A stretch of 61,907 nucleotides of DNA, the filler included. It is 4 parts of 4 records of this genome, joined end to end, with 100 filler letters (N's around TTAATTAATTAA, not from the genome) between each part and the next. Parts side by side here need not be neighbours in the genome. Positions count along the whole stretch, not along the records: positions 23,071 to 50,271 come from DRR723986_30413; positions 50,372 to 61,907 come from DRR723986_30451; 2 more parts are not named here. One strand, 5' to 3'. A program made the position numbers and the translations under genes. Under the pieces are notes generated by a model that saw only the letters and a program-made list of their open reading frames with translations, was not told the origin of the DNA and did not search any database. Position 1 is the first letter of the stretch; every line of letters starts with the position of its first letter. Positions 41,261-51,675 of this stretch are shown here, piece after piece.

Positions 41261-41731
41261 CTACACATGGCAGCTTGTCATGCCTCGCTTTAACAGAAAT
41301 TGTTGATGATATTCCTCTGCGGGCCAATAGTCCGCTGCGGGTTCAATAGACGTTACAATTTCCTTCGAAAATTTTCCAGAAGCCTCTAACTCACTTTTTA
41401 GCCGCTGTGCAATTTCTTGCTGGGTTTCGTCAGCATAAAAAATGACAGATCTATATTGGCTACCCACGTCAGGGCCTTGCCTGTTCAATTGTGTTGGGTT
41501 GTGGTTTTCAAAGAAAATTGCCACCAAAGTTTCAAAGGCAATTGTCTCTGGGTCAAAAACAACCTGCACAACTTCGGCATGGCCACTGGTGTCAGTGCAT
41601 ACATCTTGGTAAGTGGGGTTGTTTGTATGGCCACCCATATAGCCAACTGTGGTTTCAGTAACGCCGTCAAGTTGACGGAATAGTTCCTCAACACCCCAAA
41701 AGCACCCAGCACCAAAAGTAGCAATAGCCAT
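41261..41731 (-). CDS. msrA: Peptide methionine sulfoxide reductase A
   Basis: GCFWG, GHAE, QYRS, AEEYHQ. Confidence 0.97.
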   Translation of the reverse strand: MAIATFGAGCFWGVEELFRQLDGVTETTVGYMGGHTNNPTYQDVCTDTSGHAEVVQVVFDPETIAFETLVAIFFENHNPTQLNRQGPDVGSQYRSVIFYADETQQEIAQRLKSELEASGKFSKEIVTSIEPAADYWPAEEYHQQFLLKRGMTSCHV

Positions 41732-41881
41732 GATATATCCTTAATTGATCGTCATATTCCCGCTATATAGTGCCTAGACGAAGCTCGGCGAGCACTAGAA
41801 TAGCAATGTTACTGAATATGTGGTTGCGTTTGGTACTTGTCGAGGGGCAAACTAACACATATTTGTGAGTAAGGAATTATA

Positions 41882-42289
41882 GTGGTTTTTTCAAAGTTTA
41901 AAAACGTAAAAAGCGAATTGAATATGCTGTTTGTTGCAATAGTAATTGCTGCTTTTCCGCCCGGAGCAATCGCACAAGAAAAAACCATCCCAGCAGACCT
42001 TCTCGCGCTTGATCATCAGCGATGTATGAATGGGTGCGTTCCTGGCTTTGGCGAGCAAACCTGCAAGCCTCTTTGTGACTGCACGGTCGGTGAGTTTAAG
42101 AAACAGCTTACTTTTGAAGCATACCTGGATATGTCTGTTCAGCTAACACGCAATAACTTAACACCTGAAATGCAGGGCTTTTTAGGCAAGATTGCAAATT
42201 TTTGTACAGCTGAACTTGAGCGAAAAGGCATTGATGTTGGGCAGGGCGTAGAAGCCAAGCCTGAAGTACCTGACAATATACCGCAATAG
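41882..42289 (+). CDS. Hypothetical secreted Cys-rich protein
   Basis: Signal-like segment then CxxxC, CxxxCxC and a further Cys; start may be ATG 41924. Confidence 0.65.
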   Translation: MVFSKFKNVKSELNMLFVAIVIAAFPPGAIAQEKTIPADLLALDHQRCMNGCVPGFGEQTCKPLCDCTVGEFKKQLTFEAYLDMSVQLTRNNLTPEMQGFLGKIANFCTAELERKGIDVGQGVEAKPEVPDNIPQ

Positions 42290-42338
42290 CCAATGGTAAG
42301 TTGAGCAGTTAGGGGAAGGTTATTAAGAAATCGAGCGC

Positions 42339-42707
42339 TTACGTTGGAATTGCGCGCGGCCGGCCATTTTCATCTACAGCAACAAATATATAGCAACCTT
42401 CTGTAACTTTATATTCTTCGGCTTTTGGCCCTCGTTCTGCAAAAACTTCTATGGCCACGGTGATAGATGTCCTGCCCACTTTCTCGATATCAGCATAAAC
42501 ACTCACAACATCGCCCACTTCGATTGGTCGATGAAACTTCATACTCTCAACGGCCACCGTAGCAACAGACCCATCTGCACGTGCTTTGGCAACGGTTGCG
42601 CCTGCAATATCCATTTGAGACAAAACCCAACCGCCAAAAATGTTGCCATTTACGTTAAGCTCCGCCGGTTGAGGAACAGTTCTTATTGTTACGCGGCGTT
42701 CGGTCAT
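42339..42707 (-). CDS. Acyl-CoA thioesterase (YciA-like hotdog fold)
   Basis: NVNGNIFGGWVLSQMD, GRTS, VAVDENGRP. Confidence 0.93.
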   Translation of the reverse strand: MTERRVTIRTVPQPAELNVNGNIFGGWVLSQMDIAGATVAKARADGSVATVAVESMKFHRPIEVGDVVSVYADIEKVGRTSITVAIEVFAERGPKAEEYKVTEGCYIFVAVDENGRPRAIPT

Positions 42708-43867
42708 TTTGCATCTCCTGAAATTTGCTTTTTGTCAGCTATATGTATTGGCGCAACTTCAAGATCATCGCCTATGGCTTCCAAATACAAACTGCGACTT
42801 GGGAATGCGAACCCGGTGCCTGTGGATTCTACAATCGTTTTAATTTCAAGAAGGAGCTGCTCCTTGATCTCAAGCCAATCAAGCCAGTTGGTGGTCTTGG
42901 TAAAGCAATAGAGTAGAATGTCGATCGAACTATCCGAAAAACTGTCTATGCGCACAAAGGTAGCCGTTTCGTCAGGTTTGGCATATTTGTCGTTATTGGC
43001 AATGTAATTTTCAATACCATCACGTATTTGATTTAACTGGCCGGCAGTTGAGCCATACTCCAATCCAATCACCCATTTAATACGGCGGAAGGTCATGCGG
43101 GAAAAGTTTGTTACCGCATTGTCCGAAAGTTTAGCGTTTGGAACATAAACAGGTGCCTTGTCAAACCGACGGATGGTGGTTGTTCTGAAACCAATCTCTT
43201 CCACTGTTCCTTCAACAATCCCTTTTACCATTACCCAGTCACCGGGCTGAAAACGACGTTCGCCAATAACAAACAAGCCAGCAATTAAATTCTTGAATAA
43301 ATCCTGTGCACCTAAGGCAACTGCTACGCCAAAAAGTCCCAGTCCAGCGATAATAGCCCCAACTTCAATGCCCCAAATTTCAAGAATTGTTGCCGCACCC
43401 AGCAAGGCAAAAGCTACCTTTATGGCCTTTGAAAGCCACTGGATCATTGAAACTGTCAAGATATGCGCAGCATTCATCAAAATTTCGCTGAGTGGGTCAG
43501 CTACACGGTACAAAGCCCAGAAAATTGTGTAGGCAATAAGGCTGCGGTTCATATTTGTGGCAAAAACCTGCAGATCTTCAGATAAATTGAGATAGGCAGT
43601 AGAGAGAAAAACACCCAGAACAACGGGAATGAACCGAATAGGGTTGCGCAGAGCTTCAACCAATTTGTCGTCAATTTCAGTTTGGGTTTTTGCAACCAGT
43701 TTATCTAGGCGACTTAAAACGAAACGCGTAAACAGGTTACGCACCATCATCAAAGCAAGGAATATTGCCAGCGCCGTTACAAGCTGTCCAACGTCAACAC
43801 CGTACAGCCCATTTTTCCATACATCGACAACAAGCGCCCAAAACTCTTTAAAATCAGAAATATTCAA
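42704..43867 (-). CDS. Small-conductance mechanosensitive channel (MscS family)
   Basis: AVALGAQD, GTVEEIGFRTT, VPN, FAFPS. Confidence 0.93.
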   Translation of the reverse strand: MNISDFKEFWALVVDVWKNGLYGVDVGQLVTALAIFLALMMVRNLFTRFVLSRLDKLVAKTQTEIDDKLVEALRNPIRFIPVVLGVFLSTAYLNLSEDLQVFATNMNRSLIAYTIFWALYRVADPLSEILMNAAHILTVSMIQWLSKAIKVAFALLGAATILEIWGIEVGAIIAGLGLFGVAVALGAQDLFKNLIAGLFVIGERRFQPGDWVMVKGIVEGTVEEIGFRTTTIRRFDKAPVYVPNAKLSDNAVTNFSRMTFRRIKWVIGLEYGSTAGQLNQIRDGIENYIANNDKYAKPDETATFVRIDSFSDSSIDILLYCFTKTTNWLDWLEIKEQLLLEIKTIVESTGTGFAFPSRSLYLEAIGDDLEVAPIHIADKKQISGDAK

Positions 43868-43908
43868 GGTGAGTGCTCCGAATGAAAACTGTCAACTGAA
43901 TCTGTTAC

Positions 43909-44166
43909 TTACTGCTCGACCTTGTCTGCGTCAACTTCATCAGTAGAAAGATAAACCGTTTCGTCGTGCCCATGCTTGTTTGAGTAAAAAACCAGCGACA
44001 TCAGGCCAATGCCAATAGCGAAGGTGAATATAACGCCAATCGCCATTGCAATTTTGCCGTGAATGGACAACTCAACGCCCTGAGTTGCGATCAATACAGT
44101 TAAACCCCAATAACAGATAGCGCCAATAGCCAGTGTTGCGACGATGACTATTAGTGTTTTTTTCAT
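43909..44166 (-). CDS. Small membrane protein
   Basis: Two TM segments, GLMSLVFYS..GHD. Confidence 0.75.
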   Translation of the reverse strand: MKKTLIVIVATLAIGAICYWGLTVLIATQGVELSIHGKIAMAIGVIFTFAIGIGLMSLVFYSNKHGHDETVYLSTDEVDADKVEQ

Positions 44167-44404
44167 ATGAGAGGCTTTCTTTTTGTAGCACGCATTTAAT
44201 TAAAGGTGCTTTACCATCATTACAGGTAATCACCAACCGGGTGTGACATAGCTGCACAGCATGAAATATTTGAGTTTGAGCCCTGACCACGGGTTTGCTT
44301 TTGCACGATACTCAGAAAAAGTGCATAATACCTAAATGTAACCTACGTTAATGTTTAAGAAAGTCCGGTCGGACTTCGGCTGGGCTCCAAATCGGGGAAG
44401 CTGA

Positions 44405-44833
44405 ATGACTGTTAGAAAAATTCTTGATGCCAAAGATAGTAAAATAATCGCCCTGGAAGACAGTTCTACTGTCATGGATGTGGCAAAATTGCTTGGGGAA
44501 CGTCGCATTGGCGCGATTCCTATAGTAAAGGCTGGGAAGTTGTGTGGAATTATTTCAGAGCGCGATGTTGTCCGTGGCTTGGCTAGTAGGGGCGGTGCCG
44601 TTTTGGATGACGGTGTTACTACCTTAATGACGAAGTCGGTGGTCACTTGTACTGCAGAAGATAGCGTAGAGCAGTTGATGGTAATGATGACAGAACGGCG
44701 GATTCGTCACGTACCTGTTTTGGAAAATGACACGTTGAAAGGCATGATATCCATAGGTGATGTCGTAAAAGAACGTATTCAGGAAACTGAGCAAGAGGCA
44801 GAAGCATTAAAGGCCTATATTACAAGCGCTTGA
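44405..44833 (+). CDS. CBS domain protein
   Basis: GIISERD, RHVPV, ISIGDVVK. Confidence 0.93.
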   Translation: MTVRKILDAKDSKIIALEDSSTVMDVAKLLGERRIGAIPIVKAGKLCGIISERDVVRGLASRGGAVLDDGVTTLMTKSVVTCTAEDSVEQLMVMMTERRIRHVPVLENDTLKGMISIGDVVKERIQETEQEAEALKAYITSA

Positions 44834-46000
44834 TTATTTTGTACTTACTTCAGTCTCGGTAATCGCAAGGGATGCAATTTCAATCGCGTTATTGTCCCAT
44901 GTGTATTTTCGTGTTTCGATCAATTTTTGTCCAGATTGGCCAATTCGGTTGCGTAATTCCTGACTTTGAGACAAATCCACAATCGCCTTCTCAGCTTCTT
45001 CAAAGTTTTCGGGATTGAAAAGCAAACCAGTTTCTTGGTGGGTCAGTATTTCACGAATATTCGGCTGGTCAGGTGCTATGGTGGCCAGGCCTGCTATCAA
45101 ATATTCAAATATTTTCAAGGGGCTGGCGTAATCTGTTACTGCGGGCTGTAGGGCTATGTCCATAGCCGCTAAATGGTCAGGAATCGCACTTCGGTCTTGA
45201 AAACCAACATAGTGGACTCGGTGCTTAATGTTCAGGCTTTCAGCGAGCTCAAGGCAATCCTCGATGGCAGGTCCCTCACCAACAACCAGCAAGTGAAGGT
45301 TTGGGTTTGTATCTTTGTGGTTCAGAATTTGGATAATTCTGTCCAATCGATGCCACTCACGAATAAAGCCGACAAAGCCAAGTACAATTTTGCCGTGAAG
45401 GCCCAATTTTTCCCTAATTGCTGATCCATCCGCAGTTGAATATTCCGCGGGTGTAATGCCGTTATGGAGCACAGTTATATTTTGTTGTGGTGCGCCTATT
45501 TCGCAGATGATATCAGCCAAAACGCCGGATACAGGAAAAAGTCTGTCAGCGTTTTGAAATGTCACTCGTTCATAGTAACGCGCTAATTTTTGCAGATGCA
45601 GGCCGCTATATGTGGCCCTTTCTTTCGACAGTGGCGCATTCACTTCAACAAAGTAGGGTATACCGGTTTTTCTTTTTAGCCAGGTACCAGCCGGTAAGAA
45701 AAGGTTGTAACGCTCGTAAAGTAAATCTGGCTTATGGCGCTTGTAAGCGGTCAACAGTTTAAAATAAACCCGAACACCATAAAGAAGTTCCAACAGCTCA
45801 AGGGCAAACAAAGGCAACATGCGTCTGGCTAATGCCAATAGCTTATTTTCTTCGCCCAAGTCTGTTGGTCGAATTGACGGGCCCACAAAAATAATTTCAT
45901 GGCCTTGTCTTTTGAATGCAGCAACAAGTTCGCGAATATGAACGCTTTGGCCGTCCTGCGCCGCAACGCGGTGATGATATAGTATTTTAAGTTTTTTCAC
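44834..46000 (-). CDS. Glycosyltransferase family 4
   Basis: GQSVHI, EVNAP, SPLKIFEY, GLLF GT-B motifs. Confidence 0.9.
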   Translation of the reverse strand: MKKLKILYHHRVAAQDGQSVHIRELVAAFKRQGHEIIFVGPSIRPTDLGEENKLLALARRMLPLFALELLELLYGVRVYFKLLTAYKRHKPDLLYERYNLFLPAGTWLKRKTGIPYFVEVNAPLSKERATYSGLHLQKLARYYERVTFQNADRLFPVSGVLADIICEIGAPQQNITVLHNGITPAEYSTADGSAIREKLGLHGKIVLGFVGFIREWHRLDRIIQILNHKDTNPNLHLLVVGEGPAIEDCLELAESLNIKHRVHYVGFQDRSAIPDHLAAMDIALQPAVTDYASPLKIFEYLIAGLATIAPDQPNIREILTHQETGLLFNPENFEEAEKAIVDLSQSQELRNRIGQSGQKLIETRKYTWDNNAIEIASLAITETEVSTK

Positions 46001-46216
46001 GTGTGCTATCTAATTCAAGGTCTTAAGGTTGGCTTGTGATACATGCCCAAATTACCGCTGAAAGCGACGGTCCGAATTAGCGACACAGTCAAAGGTTTTG
46101 AACTTCCAAACATAATAAATCTGCCATCTATCACTGTCACTGACCCCGGCGTGATAAGATGAGAAAATATACTATTTTTCAAGTGAAGATATTCAGTAAA
46201 TGCGTTTTACCGGGCA

Positions 46217-46423
46217 CTATTCATCTACAAACTCTAATATTTCCCCTGGTTGGCACCCCAAATAGTCGCAAATCGCTGATAACGTTGCAAAGCGCACCCC
46301 TTTTACCTTCCCTGACTTTAACAGGCTAAGGTTCGCTTCAGTAATGCCCACATGAGCGGCAAGGTCTTTTGACTTTACCTTACGTTTCGCAAGAACAGAA
46401 TCCAGTCGGACAACAATTGGCAT
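46217..46423 (-). CDS. XRE/Cro HTH regulator (YozG-like)
   Basis: ITEANLSLLKSGKVKGVRF..L..IC..L.CQPG. Confidence 0.92.
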   Translation of the reverse strand: MPIVVRLDSVLAKRKVKSKDLAAHVGITEANLSLLKSGKVKGVRFATLSAICDYLGCQPGEILEFVDE

Positions 46424-46439
46424 GTTATTGGTGTCTCAC

Positions 46440-46979
46440 TTATATAATTTCATCGAGTTCGTTTTTTTGTTCGCGTGCCAAGCGAATCATGTGCCCAATA
46501 ATCAACGCAAAAATCGCAGGTACAAGTGCCATTAGATCGTCAATTGAGAAGGAAATGGTAAAATGTCGCCCCCCAGGTGGGTTGTCCATTGTTAGAGCGC
46601 TAACCAAAGCAGTTACATGAAGGACATTCACTGCCACATAAATAACAAGCCAACGTCCGACTCGTGTACAGTAATTTTCACACTCTTTATCGAACCATTG
46701 CCCGGCTTTCAGTGCTTTGGTAAGCTTCATTAGTAAAACGAGCGCCCAAAGTAACGTGATCGTTGGTATGGACGTAATAATAAAACCAAGAGTTCTTTGT
46801 TTAGAACTGAGAGACTCAACGCCGCCATATTCTTCTACAATTTCGTGACTTACCTCTAGAAAGTCCAAAGTAATCGGCGGGAACCACAACCACAACTGAG
46901 AAACCAGCAACAATGTTATAGTTGTGATGACAACTATTCGGAGAAATTTTATACTGCGGTCTATGGTCGCCATATTCAT
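46440..46979 (-). CDS. DUF2975-like membrane protein
   Basis: Four TM segments, C-terminal E..E.DEII, directly upstream of a YozG-like HTH gene. Confidence 0.8.
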   Translation of the reverse strand: MNMATIDRSIKFLRIVVITTITLLLVSQLWLWFPPITLDFLEVSHEIVEEYGGVESLSSKQRTLGFIITSIPTITLLWALVLLMKLTKALKAGQWFDKECENYCTRVGRWLVIYVAVNVLHVTALVSALTMDNPPGGRHFTISFSIDDLMALVPAIFALIIGHMIRLAREQKNELDEII

Positions 46980-47055
46980 GCCTAACTATTATTGTTTTAC
47001 AGAAATACACCAATTCGATAAACTATCAACTATTGGTCATAGGGCAACTGATTAT

Positions 47056-47709
47056 ATGCGGGTTGGTTACTTAAACATTCTGGTTAAAAAGCTAGGGCAT
47101 TGCTTTCTCTCAAGCACTATAAGTTTGATAGTCTTGGCTTCAATAGCCCTTAATGCGCATGCCCAGCAAACGGAAGAACCGCTTAATGTGCCTGTTTATC
47201 CTGGGTTCAAAAAAGAAAATCGCCCCATTGATATTGAAAGCCTGCGCGACAGTTACATTGTTCTAGAGGACGGTGCTGTATTGTCTTTGGCAGACTGGGT
47301 TCTTGGGTCCTTGAAAAAAACAGATATCGGTGCCGGTATGTCTGATTATCAAAACAGGCTTTTTTTGGGGCAGGTGGCGCGGGCGGCTGTGGGTATGAAG
47401 CAGGATTTGGTTTATCGAAGTTTCGAAGACGCTGGTCCGTTACGGTCGTTTGTGCCCCATATGCCCAGTAAACCGTTGCAACTAGCGCAAGGATTGCTGT
47501 CGAACTTCATTCCGGCTTTGCAGCCAAACTGGACGCCGGAAATTTCCGGTAAACCAGAGTTAACCAAATACATTGAACGCGGTCTCAGCGGATCCATTCA
47601 TTTTGATAATCAATTTTCCGATAGTTTGTTTCAAACGACAGAACAATTTAGTTATCAGCAACGACTGGAGACGATGCTTGAAGAGTTTGGCCAAAAGACT
47701 GAACAGTAA
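47056..47709 (+). CDS. Hypothetical exported protein
   Basis: Signal-peptide-like AHAQ cleavage; ATG 47056 avoids overlap with the divergent gene. Confidence 0.6.
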   Translation: MRVGYLNILVKKLGHCFLSSTISLIVLASIALNAHAQQTEEPLNVPVYPGFKKENRPIDIESLRDSYIVLEDGAVLSLADWVLGSLKKTDIGAGMSDYQNRLFLGQVARAAVGMKQDLVYRSFEDAGPLRSFVPHMPSKPLQLAQGLLSNFIPALQPNWTPEISGKPELTKYIERGLSGSIHFDNQFSDSLFQTTEQFSYQQRLETMLEEFGQKTEQ

Positions 47710-47840
47710 GGCGTATAAGTCAGGTAGATGATTTGGACGATATTTGATCGCATAACACGGTCATTTTAACGCACATGAATAGCATGAGCTTCGGATGGGC
47801 ATATGCTTTACGTTAGGTTAAGAAAACAGGGGGGCTTTCT

Positions 47841-49316
47841 ATGAGACAATATCGTCATGACCCAGACGGGGGCAGACTACCGATCAAAATTGACAATGCA
47901 TCTAACGGTGAGTTTGAGCCTGTCGCACTGCCACAGCGTTGTATTATAGGCAATGAAGTTGCGATGCAAGATGCCGACGACGCGGCCAAAAAGCTTGGCC
48001 AGGACCGACGTTCTTTCCTAGTTGGAGCGTGCGGTGCAGCCAGTACATTGCTGTCGCTTAATGCTGTTAACGCGGCTGCGGGCAAAACGGGCAGCTTTTT
48101 CGATATTGAAAAAGACGCGCGCTATGAAATTGAAGCAGCAGATGGTGCTATTTCTGGTGATGAATTTATTTTCGATGTTCATGGTCATTATATTAATCCG
48201 CATGGTTCATGGCGCGATGCTGTTCCCGATGGGCGACAACCATTCTTTGGCATGCCAAAGGTTCAGGCTTGCAAAACGGCAGAGATGGAAGGGTTGGACT
48301 ATTTAGAATGTTTGTCCGGCGAACAGTTTGTTAAAGACGTATTTGTGGACAGCGATACCGATATGATGGTGCTAACCTTTGTGCCTTCCGGGCCTGATTC
48401 TGAGCCATTAAAAATTGAAGAGGCAGAGGTAACCAAACAGCTTTTAAATAATGAAGGCAGTGGCCAGCGTTTGCTAGTGCATGGGCGAGTTAACCCTAAT
48501 CAGGACGGTGACCTTGCAAGAATGGACGAACTCGCTGAGAAATGGAAAGTTTCGGCCTGGAAAACCTACACGCAGTGGGGCCCCGATGGCAAAGGCTTTT
48601 GGCTGAGTGATGAAGACAGCGGCATTCCGTTTCTGGAAAAGGCCAGGGCGCTAGGTATCAAGAATATTGCTGTGCATAAGGGTATCCCTTTTGGGCCTCA
48701 ATCCTATGAACATAGTCGGTCAGACGACATTGGTGTCGTCGCGAAAATGTATCCTGACTTAAACTTTCTTGTTTATCATTCTGGTTTTGTACCCGGTAAG
48801 GCTGAAACAGCGTTCGAACCGGGCGCAGGCAAAGACGGTATTGATGCTTTGGTACAGTCGATGCTTGATAATGATGTAGGCGCTAACTCAAATGTTTATG
48901 CAGACCTCGGCTCTACATGGCGTATGCTGATGCAAGATCCAAACTCCGCAGCTCACGGTATGGGCAAACTTTTGCGGTATGTCGGAGAAGATAATGTTAT
49001 CTGGGGAACCGATTCTATCTGGTATGGCTCACCGCAAGACCAAATTCAGGCTTTTAGGGCCTTCCAAATTTCAGAAGAATTGCGCGAAAAACACGGATAT
49101 CCAAAAATAACCTCCTCACTGCGCGCCAAAGTGTTTGGTTTGAATGCGGTTAAACCATATGGAATTAATGCACCTGCGGTAAAGCAAGTGATGTCATCCG
49201 ATACACTTTCACGTCAAAAAATGGCTCAAAAAGCTGAACCAGACCCTCATTTCCTGACATTTGGGCCTAAAAACCGTCGCGAATTTCTGGCTTTTAGAAG
49301 GGCTGATGCAGATTAA
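47841..49316 (+). CDS. Amidohydrolase superfamily (Amidohydro_2-like) metallohydrolase
   Basis: DVHGH, VHKG, YHSG, WGTDS; internal RRSFL twin-Arg segment. Confidence 0.85.
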   Translation: MRQYRHDPDGGRLPIKIDNASNGEFEPVALPQRCIIGNEVAMQDADDAAKKLGQDRRSFLVGACGAASTLLSLNAVNAAAGKTGSFFDIEKDARYEIEAADGAISGDEFIFDVHGHYINPHGSWRDAVPDGRQPFFGMPKVQACKTAEMEGLDYLECLSGEQFVKDVFVDSDTDMMVLTFVPSGPDSEPLKIEEAEVTKQLLNNEGSGQRLLVHGRVNPNQDGDLARMDELAEKWKVSAWKTYTQWGPDGKGFWLSDEDSGIPFLEKARALGIKNIAVHKGIPFGPQSYEHSRSDDIGVVAKMYPDLNFLVYHSGFVPGKAETAFEPGAGKDGIDALVQSMLDNDVGANSNVYADLGSTWRMLMQDPNSAAHGMGKLLRYVGEDNVIWGTDSIWYGSPQDQIQAFRAFQISEELREKHGYPKITSSLRAKVFGLNAVKPYGINAPAVKQVMSSDTLSRQKMAQKAEPDPHFLTFGPKNRREFLAFRRADAD

Positions 49317-49384
49317 GCATCTGGTTGCTTTGTTGGGTCGTATGCTTCTATCGTTGTACCACTATTCAATGAAGGGGTTCACGT

Positions 49385-49999
49385 ATGAAAAATTTGATAG
49401 CTGGGTTTGTTTTGTTTGGGTTGATGGTATTTGGTGCCGGAGCAATTCAAGCTGAGTCGGTATCTGTTGTTTTAGAAACAGAGAAGGGCGTCATTGAGAT
49501 TGAAGTTTTAGTTGATCAAGCGCCAATCTCCTCGGGTAGTTTTCTGGCACATGTTGATGCTGGGTTACTTGCAAAAGGTGGTTTCTACCGCACAGTATAC
49601 CCCGAGAATGACAATGGCTCGCCTAAAATTAGTGTAATACAGGGTGGGGTACTTCCTGGCACTGATGGCTTGCCGCCTGTTGGCCATGAAACAACCACTC
49701 AAACAGGCATTCTTCATAAAGACGGTGTTGTTTCAATTGCACGTAGTGCTGTTGGTACGGGCAGTGGTGGTGCGTTTTTCATCTGTATTGGTGATCAACC
49801 TTCGTTGGATATGGGGGGTGGCCGCGCAGTCTCTGGCGACGGGCAGGGCTTTGCGGCTTTTGCGCGTGTTACCAAAGGCATGGACGTGGTGCATAAAATT
49901 CATCAATCCCAAACGGCATCTGGCGGCGAGGATGCTTATACATCTGGTCAGATTCTTAACCCTCCCGTACGTATTTTGAAAGCATTCCGCAAAGACTAG
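49385..49999 (+). CDS. Cyclophilin-type peptidyl-prolyl isomerase, exported
   Basis: FYR, VIQGG, FFIC, GFAAFARVTKGMDVV. Confidence 0.9.
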   Translation: MKNLIAGFVLFGLMVFGAGAIQAESVSVVLETEKGVIEIEVLVDQAPISSGSFLAHVDAGLLAKGGFYRTVYPENDNGSPKISVIQGGVLPGTDGLPPVGHETTTQTGILHKDGVVSIARSAVGTGSGGAFFICIGDQPSLDMGGGRAVSGDGQGFAAFARVTKGMDVVHKIHQSQTASGGEDAYTSGQILNPPVRILKAFRKD

Positions 50000-50113
50000 C
50001 TGCCAACGCTTTTATTGCGGATATCAAAGTAATTTTCTTTCAAAAAAAACCGTTTAATTACAATGCAGTAATGCTGTGCGGTGATTTTTATCATGTTTTT
50101 TCCAAAAAGGGGT

Positions 50114-50255
50114 TTGACAGGGACGATCCACCCCCCTATAACCCGCCTCCACCGACGGGGCGCAACCAATAGCGCGTTACGCACCGACGGTTTTTTTGTG
50201 GGAAACGATATCTGGTTAATCCAGTTGAGATGAACACAAGATTTGCTCTTTGACA
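50114..50255 (+). promoter_or_regulatory. rRNA operon promoter and leader (16S gene itself not in window)
   Basis: TTGACA(50114)-17-TATAAC(50137), GC-rich discriminator CCGCCTCC, upstream A/T tracts, boxA TGCTCTTTGACA at 50244-50255; contig ends just after. Confidence 0.8.
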
Positions 50256-50271
50256 TAGTTGATATGGAAGG

Positions 50272-50371
50272 NNNNNNNNNNNNNNNNNNNNNNNNNNNNN
50301 NNNNNNNNNNNNNNNTTAATTAATTAANNNNNNNNNNNNNNNNNNNNNNNNNNNNNNNNNNNNNNNNNNNN
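50272..50371. other. Artificial contig linker
   Basis: N44-TTAATTAATTAA-N44. Confidence 0.98.
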
Positions 50372-50521
50372 GAATTAGGTTAATCGCTTTCTGTCGCCGC
50401 GAGCAAAATTCGTAAGCCAACACAAAAAACACTAAATGGGATAGAAAAGATGCCGCTATCTAAATTGTCAGGGCAGGGTCGACCGAAATCAGCCCTATAG
50501 TAGCCAAGATGTTGTCAACTT

Positions 50522-51085
50522 CCGGAATTCCAATCTTTTCCAGCGTTTGCCGCGCTGAAAGATGGGAGCGCTCAATTGTGTGGACGATGTCCATCTTGTC
50601 GGATGTTGAGTATCTCATTCTTCGTACTCCCCATCGGCGATCATGCTTTTATTGAGCAGCCGCATCTCTAACGTTTGCTCGGCGAAAACTTCCTTAAGAT
50701 CTCGTGCCCCCTTGCGCAGACCCTTAACCTCATCTGTGGTGACAGCCCGCGCCGTATCATCAGCAAGACGCTGCTTGCCAGCCTCAAGGAATTCCTTGGA
50801 GCATTTGTGATAAATGCTTTGGGCAAGACCTTCATGGCGGCTCAGTTCAGCGATAGAGCTTTCCCCGCGCAGACCTCCAGCACAATGCGTATCTTCTCAT
50901 ACGCACCACAATGCTTACGGGTCGCACGGCGTACGTTTTTAGCAGTTTGTTCAGCGGCAGCTTTGCCGCCTTTTGACTTAGTGGATTTAGCTTTCATTCT
51001 ACGTTCCTTACGTCACTTCAAATGAAATCAAAATCCTCTCTTATGCAATCGCAAACTATGGTTCCATTGGGCCTGAAGAGGAACA
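50522..51085 (-). mobile_element. Degenerate IS3-family element remnant
   Basis: orfA from ATG 50997 (RRATRK...EKIRIVLE/GLRGESSIAEL...KEFLEAGKQRL...KSMIADGEYEE) with two frameshifts; orfB start MRYSTSDKMDIV...LEKIGIP then truncated; TG-starting left end at 51085. Confidence 0.8.
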
Positions 51086-51675
51086 CGTATGGCTCCAAGG
51101 GATTGATAACTCCTTCAGACATTAAAGTAGAACATAACAAGGGGCCAAAAAGGCGCCTTGCAAACTTGAAACAATTCGAAATAGTTGGTTAAATATGAGA
51201 ACGTACTTTTCAACGTCTAGTATAAGAACAATAAGTCACAGCTAATAAGGGCAGCAAAAAACGGGCGTTTATTCAACGTCAGAAACACCAGTTAATTTCC
51301 CAACAGTGATGCTAGTCGTAATGAGTGGAAATGAGGCACTAGCAACTTAAAATTCAATGAAGAGACGGTTCAGTTTTATTGTTGAGGGAATCGTTTGTAC
51401 TTGCAAACAAGACATATTAAGTTGTTTAACTTACTATTGACCCATGTAAACTCCTCCAGATTTGAGAGCAATCTCAAGTGACCAATCTGAAAATATCGCA
51501 GGACAAACCCATTCTCTATTTTTGGGCTTTTTCAGAGTTGGTAATCAGAGACTTTTATGAAAGATAATTCGTTTGCCAAGTACATAGGCCACCACCTACA
51601 AAGGAGGCGCATAAACTATTGATATTTTGATGCAACAATTAGGGTTCTGCTCAAAAAGTGTTCAAATAAGCCAGT

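Noticed and set aside
49996-50256. 86-aa ORF on the minus strand
   Set aside because: Antisense to the rRNA promoter/leader; no protein features
50675-51025. 116-aa ORF on the plus strand
   Set aside because: Antisense shadow of the IS3 orfA remnant
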